From a virus (lineage: Duplodnaviria; Caudoviricetes): DNA of 41,741 nt. The position numbers were made by a program, and so were the translations under genes. The stretch lies in IMG/VR virus record IMGVR_UViG_3300044836_000052, positions 1 to 41,741 of that record; one strand, given 5' to 3'. The notes beneath the pieces were generated by a model. It was not told the origin of the DNA. It worked only from the letters and a program-made list of their open reading frames with translations, and searched no databases. Of the stretch, positions 34,317 to 41,741 are shown in pieces; within the stretch, counting starts at the first letter, position 1; every line of letters starts with the position of its first letter.

Positions 34317-35783
34317 TCAGGTGAGGCTGACGACCTTGGCGAACGCCGAGGCGAGCTGGACTGCGAAGGCGGCGCGGAGCTCGGCGGCGATGGCGACGAG
34401 ACCCCGGGTGAAGAAGTCCATGTAGCCGTCGCTGGCCGAGACCTCGAGGCCGGCGCGCATCCACAGCGTCGCCCAGCGCCAGTCGGCGACGACGGCGGTG
34501 TGCACTGGCAGCAGCGGCGTCGTGACCGGGGTGAACCCCCAGATCGAGCGGATCTCCTCGCCGGGCGGGTAGATGTAGCGCCCCTGGCCGTCCTTCATCA
34601 GGTTGATCGTCTCCACGTCCGTCGGGTGGATGGCGATCGCGCTGGGCTCGGTGAAGGCGCCGAGCCGGACGGCGGTGATGCCGCGGTGGATGGCGTCGAG
34701 GTCGTTCTCGGTGGCGTGGCTGGCGTCGCCCTTCGTGACGACGTTGATGCCCGACGTGCCGAGGATGCCCTGCAGGTTGTTCGTCGTGCCCGGGCCCTGG
34801 AGGACCTGGTTCTCGAGGTTGAGCCGGGTGCCGTACTGCAGCTGGCCCTCGAGGAGCGTCTGCAGCTGGCCCTGGTCGTTCAGCATGCCCTTCGTCGCGG
34901 GGACGAACTGGCCGAGCCGCTGCACGGTGGCGGTCTGGATGGCGAACTCGTAGTCCGCCTCGGGGAGCGCCGTGCCGTACGGCGTGAAGGCGGCGACGTC
35001 GCCTCGGACCGTCTGCTTGACCCACTCGACGATGTTCGACTCGGTGTCGCCCAGCGTGATGAGGTCGAGCAGGGTGATGCGCCGCACCGGCGTCTCGATC
35101 GGCGGGAACGGCGTGATGTCGGGCATCACGAGCGAGCCGGCGACGCCGATGTCGACGGTGGTGCGCTGGCGCAGCATGTCGCGGCACTCGTCGCGGGTGA
35201 GGACCTCGACGGGGTCGAGGTTCACACGCCCGGCGCGGCTCTCGAGCACACCGCTGGCGCGGAGCCGCTGGTAGTCGGCGTGCTCCACGAAGCGCCGGCC
35301 GGCGCGCAGGCGCTGCGGGCCGGTGCCGCCCTCGCGGTTGCGGCCGGGCCCGCGGCCAGCGCCGCCGTCGCCGCCGTCGTCGACCGGGCGGCCGCCGGAG
35401 TGGATGATCCGCTCGAGCGTCTTCTCGAGCCGGACGCGCATCCCGTTGATCTCGTCGCGCTTGCGGTCCGGCTCGGCGTAGAGCTGGTCGAGCTCCTCAA
35501 ACTGCTCGGGCGTCGCGCTCGCGGCGTCGATCCCGCGCTCGCGGAACTCCTTGAGCTTCTCTTCCGCGACGCCACGCTCGCGCGCCTCCTCGTCAGTGAG
35601 GGTGCGGATCCGCTCGCGCAGCTTCTGCGCGTCCTCCTCGAGGACGTCGAGCGGGCCGTCGCCGCCTCGGATCCAGGGGAGGATCCTGCCGTCGGCGCAC
35701 TCGTAGACGATGTGGCCGTCGCGAACGACGAGGGTGGGCTCGGTCTCGAACATCGACGCCTCCGTGTAGGCCCGGTTCTTCAT
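34317..35783 (-). CDS. Major capsid protein (HK97 fold, with delta/scaffold N-terminus)
   Basis: Coiled-coil N-terminus, E.Q.L.G.G...L.GI, HP.D...I...KD.QGRY, F....VAI.AELR. Confidence 0.95.
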   Translation of the reverse strand: MKNRAYTEASMFETEPTLVVRDGHIVYECADGRILPWIRGGDGPLDVLEEDAQKLRERIRTLTDEEARERGVAEEKLKEFRERGIDAASATPEQFEELDQLYAEPDRKRDEINGMRVRLEKTLERIIHSGGRPVDDGGDGGAGRGPGRNREGGTGPQRLRAGRRFVEHADYQRLRASGVLESRAGRVNLDPVEVLTRDECRDMLRQRTTVDIGVAGSLVMPDITPFPPIETPVRRITLLDLITLGDTESNIVEWVKQTVRGDVAAFTPYGTALPEADYEFAIQTATVQRLGQFVPATKGMLNDQGQLQTLLEGQLQYGTRLNLENQVLQGPGTTNNLQGILGTSGINVVTKGDASHATENDLDAIHRGITAVRLGAFTEPSAIAIHPTDVETINLMKDGQGRYIYPPGEEIRSIWGFTPVTTPLLPVHTAVVADWRWATLWMRAGLEVSASDGYMDFFTRGLVAIAAELRAAFAVQLASAFAKVVSLT

Positions 35784-35813
35784 GGGGCCGGACGGTGGAC
35801 GACGGCTAGACGG
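35781..35813 (-). promoter_or_regulatory. Putative late promoter CCGTCTAGCC-N6-CACCGT-N8-ATG of the capsid gene
   Basis: Exact 33-bp duplicate of 32844-32876, no RBS. Confidence 0.8.
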
Positions 35814-35820
35814 GGCCCTT

Positions 35821-36504
35821 CTACGGGCGGCGGAGCAGCGCCCGCGCGTGGCGGTTTCGCAGGACCTCGAGGTCGGCCGCCGGCGGCGCGGCCGGGTCGG
35901 TCCGCTTGCGCTCGCCGGGTGTCTTGCGGCGCAGGTCGACGGTCTCGGTGACGGGGTTGGCGCCGCGCACGACGCTGGAGACCTCGGCGAGGTCGCCCTT
36001 CTGGATCTTCTCGAGGTAGCGGTCCTCGTCGCTCGTGACGATCTCGTTGGCGTAGAAGCCGATCGACCACTCGCGCACTGCCTGGGCCTGCATCGCCCGG
36101 TAGATCGACGGGACGCGGGCGTCTTCGAGGAAGAGCTGGCCGACGCAGCGCAGCTGCTCGGGCTCCTCGGTCGCCACGGCCACGCCGATCGGGCCGGCGT
36201 ACCAGTCGTGTTGCCAGAAGACCGGGATGTTCGGGTTCTCGGCGAGGCTCTCGGCGAAGCAGCCGGGGAGCATCATCTCGCGCCAGCCCCAGCCGGCGTC
36301 GATCTCGATGTTGTACGTCGAGGCGATGCACTCGAACGCGCCGGGCTGCACGTCGACACCCTCGAGGAGTCGGAATCGCACGGGCAGCTGACGGAGTCGT
36401 GCGGTGTCGCCGGGCTGGCGCTCGGTGACGGGGACGATCTCGATGTCGTCGAGCGTCGAGCGCAGTCGCAGTTGGTCGCGGACGTTGGCGGGGGTGAGGC
36501 GCAT
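35821..36504 (-). CDS. HK97-family prohead protease
   Basis: E...PG.F..SL, FWQH....PIG, WSIGF, LAEVS.V..GANP.T. Confidence 0.92.
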   Translation of the reverse strand: MRLTPANVRDQLRLRSTLDDIEIVPVTERQPGDTARLRQLPVRFRLLEGVDVQPGAFECIASTYNIEIDAGWGWREMMLPGCFAESLAENPNIPVFWQHDWYAGPIGVAVATEEPEQLRCVGQLFLEDARVPSIYRAMQAQAVREWSIGFYANEIVTSDEDRYLEKIQKGDLAEVSSVVRGANPVTETVDLRRKTPGERKRTDPAAPPAADLEVLRNRHARALLRRP

Positions 36505-37865
36505 CAGATCGTCTCCTCGTCGTCGGGGTCGGGCTCGTCGCCCGGGTCGGGTGGGTCGGCGGGCTCGTCGGGCGCGGCCGCGGGGTCGCCGGCCGGGTTG
36601 GCCTGCTGGCCGAAGAGGACCGCGCCGGGCGACATCTCGGGGAGGTCGTCGCCTTCGATCTCGAGGTCCGGGAGGTTGAGGAACCGCCGGCGCTCGCGCA
36701 GCCCCATCGTCGTCTTGAGGTTGTTGAGCATGAGGGCGGTGCCCTCGGGGTCGGGGCGCAGTTTCTCGGGCAGGTCGAACTCGACGAAGTGGTACCGCCA
36801 CGCGGGGACCTGCGGCAGCAGCTGCGAGCCGATGTCGTCCTCGAACTCCTCGGCGTTGGGGCCGACGACGTCGCGGTAGAACTGGTCGCGCAGCTCCTTG
36901 ACGTTGCTCTTGATGGCCCGGTCGAGGATCCCGACGAGCGGCGGGGCGATGCCGTAGGCCGCGCAGACCTCCTCGCGCGATGCCTTGATGAGCTCGATGA
37001 GCGCCGGCGTGCCGGTCTCCTCGGCGAGGCTCTGGAACTTGCCGCTGGTGATGAGCAACCGCCCGGCGTTCTCGGGGCCGGCGTACAGCTGGCGGATCGT
37101 CTCGCGGATCTCCTCGAGGTCCTTCGGCTTGGGCATCCGCTCCATCTGCAGGACGCCGCTCGGGCGGGCCTCGTTGGCGTAGTAGGCGACCAGGTGGCGC
37201 TGGATGGCCTCGTGCAGCGCGAGCGTGGCGCGCAGCGACGACAGCGGCGAGATGCCGACGGGGTCCTCTGTGTCGTCGCCGCCGACGAAGTGCACGACGT
37301 CCTCGGGCGCGTAGCCCTTCGACTTCACGGCGCCCTTGACCTCGTAGGCGAGGATCGGGACCTGCTCGCCGGCGTGCACGGTGACCTTGCGCCACGGGAC
37401 GTGGTACAGCGCGCTGGGGACGCCGGCGCCGTTGCGGTCGATGGTCCAGAGCCCGTTGCCGTAGACGAGCTTGTTGAGCACGGTGCGCTTGACCAGGCGG
37501 ACCTGGCCGGTCTGCGGCGACGGGAGACGCAGCAGCGCGTCGAGCTGCTGCCCGCCGGTCGAGCGGCCGGGCGTGCCGGGCGTGTCGGACCGGACGCGCT
37601 CGCGCTGGCCGTCGGCGAGCAGCCGGTAGGTCTTGAGCGGCACGGTCGCGATGCCCTGGCTGATCCGCTGGCACGCCGCCCAGACCCACGGGTTGGTCTT
37701 GTAGATCATCCGGTACGTGGCCATGCGGCTGTCGCCGTCGGGGCCGGCGACGAGCTGCACGCCGTTCCACGCGCTCGAGAAGGTGCGCGACGTCTCCAGG
37801 CCGGCGAGCGGCCAGCCGCGCTCGCGCACTTCGGCGTAGGACCCGTCGGCGGTCAGCAAGCGCAC
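36504..37865 (-). CDS. HK97-family portal protein
   Basis: VWAAC..I...IA..PLK.Y, YGN, GISPL, N.ARPSGVL, G.ENAG, EVCAAYGIAP. Confidence 0.95.
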   Translation of the reverse strand: MRLLTADGSYAEVRERGWPLAGLETSRTFSSAWNGVQLVAGPDGDSRMATYRMIYKTNPWVWAACQRISQGIATVPLKTYRLLADGQRERVRSDTPGTPGRSTGGQQLDALLRLPSPQTGQVRLVKRTVLNKLVYGNGLWTIDRNGAGVPSALYHVPWRKVTVHAGEQVPILAYEVKGAVKSKGYAPEDVVHFVGGDDTEDPVGISPLSSLRATLALHEAIQRHLVAYYANEARPSGVLQMERMPKPKDLEEIRETIRQLYAGPENAGRLLITSGKFQSLAEETGTPALIELIKASREEVCAAYGIAPPLVGILDRAIKSNVKELRDQFYRDVVGPNAEEFEDDIGSQLLPQVPAWRYHFVEFDLPEKLRPDPEGTALMLNNLKTTMGLRERRRFLNLPDLEIEGDDLPEMSPGAVLFGQQANPAGDPAAAPDEPADPPDPGDEPDPDDEETI

Positions 37866-37894
37866 GACGGGCAGGGTGGGGGCTGGCTAGTCGG
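37866..37894 (-). promoter_or_regulatory. Putative late promoter CCGACTAGCC-N6-CACCCT-N7-GTG of the portal gene
   Basis: Same element and spacing as the other copies. Confidence 0.7.
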
Positions 37895-38144
37895 CCTCTA
37901 CGTCGACTTCGACCTGGACGCCGACGCCCGACGGTTGCTCCACCACGACGAGCCGCGTCGTCGGCTTCGTCGGCGGGGGCGGCAGTGGCGCCAGCCGACG
38001 CAGCGCGGCGAGCTCGTCGGGGAGGAGCCTGAGCGTGCCGTCCAGGGTGATGTCGCTGCCCACGCCGCCCGTGTAGTTCGCGTAGACGTCGCTGGAGAGG
38101 ATGAACCGCTGCAACAGCCGCGACAGGCGCTCGTCGTCGGTCAT
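37887..38144 (-). CDS. Hypothetical protein, third gene of the TA moron
   Basis: 85 aa, ATGA overlap with the antitoxin-like gene. Confidence 0.55.
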   Translation of the reverse strand: MTDDERLSRLLQRFILSSDVYANYTGGVGSDITLDGTLRLLPDELAALRRLAPLPPPPTKPTTRLVVVEQPSGVGVQVEVDVEAD

Positions 38145-38731
38145 GCGTGCTCGGCCATCGTCTCGTCGCCGGCCTCGGCGGCGGTCTTCGCCTCGCCGCC
38201 GAACACGGTGCCCTTGCCGTGGATCGTCTCGGGCGCCTTCCGCGGCCGGCCGCCGCGGCGCTCCCACGTCGCGGCGAAGTTGCGGACGGACGGCTCGGTC
38301 CAGATCGGGCCGGACTTCAACCGGGCGACCGGCGCGGGGAAGGCGGCCGAGGTCTGCAGCGTCGAGGCGCGCTGGCGGCTGACGCCGAGCAGCTCCGCGA
38401 TCTCGCCGATGCCGAGCAGCTCGGGGAACGTGGACTCGCTGAGGCGGCGGTCGTGCTCGTCGACGGTCATCGCCTCGATGGCGATGACGCGCGCGCCCGG
38501 CTGCGTCGGGCCGGCGGGGACGAGCTCGGCGAGGACGGCCTGGCCGGCGAGCGCGGCGGCGCCGGCGGTGACGTCCTCGGTCTCGAGGGTGAACACGGCG
38601 TGCCAGCGGTAGCGGTCCTCGGAGAGGCCGATGCTGGCGGAGTGGTCCGCGAGGAGGTCGACGAGCTGCTCGAGGTCCTCGTCGGTGAGCTTGGTGGCGC
38701 TGATGAGGTCGGCGCTGATCGTCCATTCCAT
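38141..38731 (-). CDS. Antitoxin-like protein (HicB-type position) with C-terminal AlpA-like HTH
   Basis: PELLGIGEIAELLGVSRQRAS.L....FPAPVARL..GPIW....V..F...W.RR.GRP. GGGAGG RBS. Alternative start at 38767. Confidence 0.75.
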   Translation of the reverse strand: MEWTISADLISATKLTDEDLEQLVDLLADHSASIGLSEDRYRWHAVFTLETEDVTAGAAALAGQAVLAELVPAGPTQPGARVIAIEAMTVDEHDRRLSESTFPELLGIGEIAELLGVSRQRASTLQTSAAFPAPVARLKSGPIWTEPSVRNFAATWERRGGRPRKAPETIHGKGTVFGGEAKTAAEAGDETMAEHA

Positions 38732-38763
38732 CGTGGGCCTCCCCTGGCCGTTGGGGGCCGGGG

Positions 38764-38991
38764 TCATCGACCCCGGCCCGATCCCTTGCCCTTCGGCGGT
38801 GGCCAGATGAAGCCGTGGCCCCGCAGGCAGGCGGTGAAGTTCTTGAAGCCCCGCACGTCGCTGGGCGTTCCGCTGGTGACGCAGGTGCCACCGTCGGGGC
38901 ATCGCACGATCACGTGGCCGTTGCGGCTGATCGTGACGACGAAGCCCTGCCGGTTGGCTTCCTTCACCACCTTCGCTGTGTCCTTGTCCAT
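38764..38991 (-). CDS. HicA-like toxin
   Basis: 75 aa basic protein: QGF.V...RNGH.....PDG......TPSD.R...N....LR..G. Confidence 0.75.
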   Translation of the reverse strand: MDKDTAKVVKEANRQGFVVTISRNGHVIVRCPDGGTCVTSGTPSDVRGFKNFTACLRGHGFIWPPPKGKGSGRGR

Positions 38992-39006
38992 GTTCACCCC
39001 CTCCGG

Positions 39007-39048
39007 TTGACACTGTCAATGGTATAACGGGAGGCAGAACACTGTCAA
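39007..39048 (-). promoter_or_regulatory. Sigma-A promoter and operator of the TA moron
   Basis: Minus strand TTGACA-N18-TACCAT. TTGACAGTGT occurs twice. The downstream copy is the palindrome TTGACA-G-TGTCAA (39007-39019). Confidence 0.75.
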
Positions 39049-39052
39049 CGGT

Positions 39053-39436
39053 TTATCCAGGGGATTTGGGGCGCTGCACCATGCGGATCGTCGCCCTCGG
39101 GACGAAGACCTCGCCGCCCATCTGCGCCGTGGTCGTGCCGAGGTACGTGGCGGTCACGAGCACCAGACCGTCCGGGCAGACCGCCTCCAGGAGGCCCTCG
39201 ATCGACTGCTCGTCGACGGTGTGCACGAGGATGCGCTCGCGCACGAGGCCATCGAGCCACGCCGTCGGCGATGGCTCCGCCGGCGTCGTCCACGCCTCGC
39301 TGATCGCCGCGACGTGCGCCTCGGTGCGTCGCACCCGCGCGACGTGCTCGCGCAGCAGGCCGACGAGCGACGCGCCGCCCATGCCGAGCACGACGGCCAT
39401 GCCGACGACGAGGATGATCGTCTCGGCGGCGTTCAC
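39053..39436 (-). CDS. Membrane-anchored protein with Sm/LSm-like C-terminal domain
   Basis: N-terminal TM IILVVGMAVVLGMGG, then RILVHTVDEQSIEGLL....DGLVL..A...GEVFVPRATIRMVQ. GTGA overlap with TerL. Confidence 0.65.
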   Translation of the reverse strand: MNAAETIILVVGMAVVLGMGGASLVGLLREHVARVRRTEAHVAAISEAWTTPAEPSPTAWLDGLVRERILVHTVDEQSIEGLLEAVCPDGLVLVTATYLGTTTAQMGGEVFVPRATIRMVQRPKSPG

Positions 39437-41190
39437 CAGCCGGCCGCCGCGAACCCCGGGCCCGACTCGTCGAGCAGTCCTGCGATCCCATCCACCATGG
39501 CGACAACTCCGTCGATCTTCTCTGCCGACCGCTTCCGGTCGGGCTTGATGTTGTTGGTCCCGTCGTGGAGGGCCTCGGCGTTGCCGGCCATCCAGTCGAG
39601 GATCGGGTGCCCGCCGTGGCGGAGCAGCGTCAGGCCGAGCAGCCGCTCGAGCTCCCGGCACGGCGCGTTCATCGCGGCGGTCGTCTGCGCCAGGCCCTCG
39701 CACTCGAGGCCGGCGCCCTCGATGCGCCGCACGAGCTGGCTCGCGTTCCACCGGTCGTACCGGCACACGCGCAGGTCGAAGTCCTGGGCGTCCTGGTCGA
39801 CCTGCTCGAAGATGGCGTCGTAGTCGACGACCCGGCCGGGCGTGACGGTCAGCGCGCCCTCCGCCTCCCACGCGTCCAGCTGCGGGCGCATCGCCGAGCG
39901 CTGCTCCACCGCGGCGCGCGGCAGAAAGATGCGGGGCAGCACGAAGGTCAGGTCCTCGAGCGTCGGCGCTTCCGGTTCTGCGACATCGTCGTAGGCGTCG
40001 AGCTCGTCGTCGAGTTCGTCGTCGTCGACCTCCGGCGGAGCGGGCGCGTCGCGCTCCTGGCCGATGACGACAACCCACGCCGCGAAGTCCGCCGTCGAGG
40101 ACAGGTCGAGCCCGCCGGCGCCGCCCATGCCGGCCACCAGGTCGCCGAGGTCGCGCCAGTCGACGGCGCCCGCGCACTCGTCCCACGCGTCCATGTCGAG
40201 CCACTTCGCCGACCGGCGCACCCACTGGTTCAGGTGGAACTGCCGGAAGGCGATGATCTTCGCCGGCGAGCCCTCCGCCTCGCGGGCCTCGTTGCGGACG
40301 CTCTGGATGCTCTTGAAGTCGCCGAGCGCCGGGTTCGCCTGCGTCCAGTTCGCCTCGTCGCGCCAGTCGGCGTCGCGGGGCGTGTTGCGCATCATCGTCA
40401 GCCGCGCCGGATCGAGGTCCGGCTCGCGCGCCACGCGCTCCGACCAGAGATGCTCCTCGCTCGCGAGGCCGACGGCGTCGGAGCCGGCCGTCGTCGCCGC
40501 CACCATCATCGGCTGCTCCCGCGCGCCCATGCCGGTCTTGAGCGCATCCCAGAGGTCCCGCGACGGCTGCGTCAGGACCTCGTCGAACAGCACGCCGTGC
40601 GGGTTCGTGCCCAGCGCAGCGTCGGCCGTCGACGGGATCACCTGGTAGAAGCTCTCGGTCGGCACCCACACGATGCGCATGTCGCGCTCGTAGATGCGCA
40701 GCCGGCCGGCGCGCTGCTGGGCGCGCAGCCACGGCGACAGCTCGCACATCCGCTTCGCGACGCGAAACACGATCGCGGCGCCGGTGTTCTCGCCCTTGCC
40801 CATCTTCTGCGCCGCCCCGTAGACCTCGGCGCCCTCCTCGCCGTCGGCGATCACGAGGAACAGGCCGATGCCGGCGAGCAGGTCGCTCTTGCCGTTCTTG
40901 CGGGCCAGCTCGATCCACGCCAGCACGTACTGGCGGACCAGCTGCGCCGTCTGCTCGTCGTGACGGACGACGCCGAACAGCGGCCAGATGAGCTCCTCGA
41001 GCTGCCACTGCCGCGGCTCGAACGGCTTGCCCGCCCACCGGCCCTTCGTGTGCACGAGGATCCGCTCGAACCAGCGCTGCGCCTTCGTCGCGCGCTCCGG
41101 GTCGAAGACCGCGCCCGTCGGGATGGGCGGCGGCGTCCACAGCTCAGCGTCGGGGACCCAGAGGCCGCTCGGGGCCTCGGTCATCGTCAT
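39433..41190 (-). CDS. terL: Terminase large subunit
   Basis: L.HTKG.WAG.PF...WQ, ARKNGKS Walker A, FDE Walker B, TTAG, ANPALG, GLDLSS..D, YDRW, KIDGVVA. Confidence 0.97.
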   Translation of the reverse strand: MTMTEAPSGLWVPDAELWTPPPIPTGAVFDPERATKAQRWFERILVHTKGRWAGKPFEPRQWQLEELIWPLFGVVRHDEQTAQLVRQYVLAWIELARKNGKSDLLAGIGLFLVIADGEEGAEVYGAAQKMGKGENTGAAIVFRVAKRMCELSPWLRAQQRAGRLRIYERDMRIVWVPTESFYQVIPSTADAALGTNPHGVLFDEVLTQPSRDLWDALKTGMGAREQPMMVAATTAGSDAVGLASEEHLWSERVAREPDLDPARLTMMRNTPRDADWRDEANWTQANPALGDFKSIQSVRNEAREAEGSPAKIIAFRQFHLNQWVRRSAKWLDMDAWDECAGAVDWRDLGDLVAGMGGAGGLDLSSTADFAAWVVVIGQERDAPAPPEVDDDELDDELDAYDDVAEPEAPTLEDLTFVLPRIFLPRAAVEQRSAMRPQLDAWEAEGALTVTPGRVVDYDAIFEQVDQDAQDFDLRVCRYDRWNASQLVRRIEGAGLECEGLAQTTAAMNAPCRELERLLGLTLLRHGGHPILDWMAGNAEALHDGTNNIKPDRKRSAEKIDGVVAMVDGIAGLLDESGPGFAAAGW

Positions 41191-41687
41191 CCCAGCATCG
41201 AGCCCAGGCCGCCGTCAGCCGGCCCGCCGTCCTCCTCGTCGAGTCTCGACGTCGGCTCGCTCATCCGCGCTCGCGACGCGTACGACAGGCCGAGCTCGGC
41301 GGCGAGCGCCTTGAGCTGCGTCGCCGCCTGCATCTTCGCCCGGAACGCCGGATGCAGCGTCGCGCCGCGCTCGGAGGCGTTCACGATCTGCTGCCCGCCC
41401 TTCCCGCGCAGCGCCTTCGTCGCCGCGTGGAACGTCGACCAGCACTCGCACCAGGCCGCCAGCAGCCCACGGTCGACGCTCGACAGCATCCCGGCCCGAT
41501 CGAGCCGGCCGGCGATCCGCTTCCACTCCGCCTTCGCCTCCCGGTCGAGCCACGTCGGCGGCTTCGGCACGCCGCCCGGATCGGGCGCAGCTGCCCTCGC
41601 CTCGAGCTCGGCCTTGCTGTGATGGCCGGCGTTTCCGCTCTGCTGCACGAGCGCCAGCGGCTGCGGGGCGGGCCCTCGGCTACCCAT
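41187..41687 (-). CDS. terS: Terminase small subunit (P27 family)
   Basis: MG.RGPAP.P......GN.G, PPTWLD.EAK.EWKRI, D...L..WC, HPA, ELGLS.ASR. Confidence 0.93.
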   Translation of the reverse strand: MGSRGPAPQPLALVQQSGNAGHHSKAELEARAAAPDPGGVPKPPTWLDREAKAEWKRIAGRLDRAGMLSSVDRGLLAAWCECWSTFHAATKALRGKGGQQIVNASERGATLHPAFRAKMQAATQLKALAAELGLSYASRARMSEPTSRLDEEDGGPADGGLGSMLG

Positions 41688-41741
41688 GGGCGCCAAAGCC
41701 GCCGCGATTCGGCCCGAAACCCTCGGATGTGCACGGGTGCC

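Larger units (their letters stand above)
1..41741. mobile_element. Temperate HK97-like siphophage genome (actinobacterial host), apparently complete
   Basis: Packaging, head, tail, lysis, integration/immunity, recombination and replication modules are all present. No host housekeeping genes. The ends fall between HNH and TerS. Confidence 0.93.

Noticed and set aside
39007-39028. Plus-strand promoter TTGACA...TATAAC
   Set aside because: The spacer is only 10 nt. The TTGACA is half of the operator palindrome.
20463-41622. Many long plus-strand ORFs (e.g. 25878-27956, 27917-30463, 36789-38612, 39565-41622)
   Set aside because: Antisense shadows of real GC-rich genes, with no recognisable motifs.

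Overview
The window looks like a complete or near-complete ~41.7 kb, very GC-rich temperate siphophage genome of an actinobacterial host, judged from WhiB, leaderless genes and actinophage-type gene families. It is linearised between the HNH gene and the small terminase, where a cos site is expected. Almost all genes are on the minus strand. The late region (41.7-20.2 kb) runs TerS, TerL, a membrane-anchored Sm-like protein, a HicA-like toxin-antitoxin moron, HK97-type portal, protease and capsid, adaptor, tail tube, frameshifted tail chaperone, tape measure, minor tail and fibre proteins, then the lysis cassette. A short plus-strand lysogeny block (18.0-20.2 kb) holds a repressor, a tyrosine integrase and a lipoprotein. 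The early region (17.9-0.2 kb) holds Xis/Cro, exonuclease plus RecT-like protein, a J-domain protein, a DNA-modification cluster, RuvC, a helicase with an adjacent iteron origin, WhiB, an HTH-zinc finger and HNH. Most notable: (1) a repeated CTAGCC-N6-CANNNT element placed 7-8 nt before four late start codons and also next to the genome end, a probable phage-specific leaderless late promoter system; (2) a probable attP inside the repressor gene (integration-dependent immunity); (3) a Mom-like GNAT next to two DNA amino-methyltransferase genes; (4) a tail-terminator-like gene displaced far from the tail module. All calls come from reading motifs by eye. No database searches were run.
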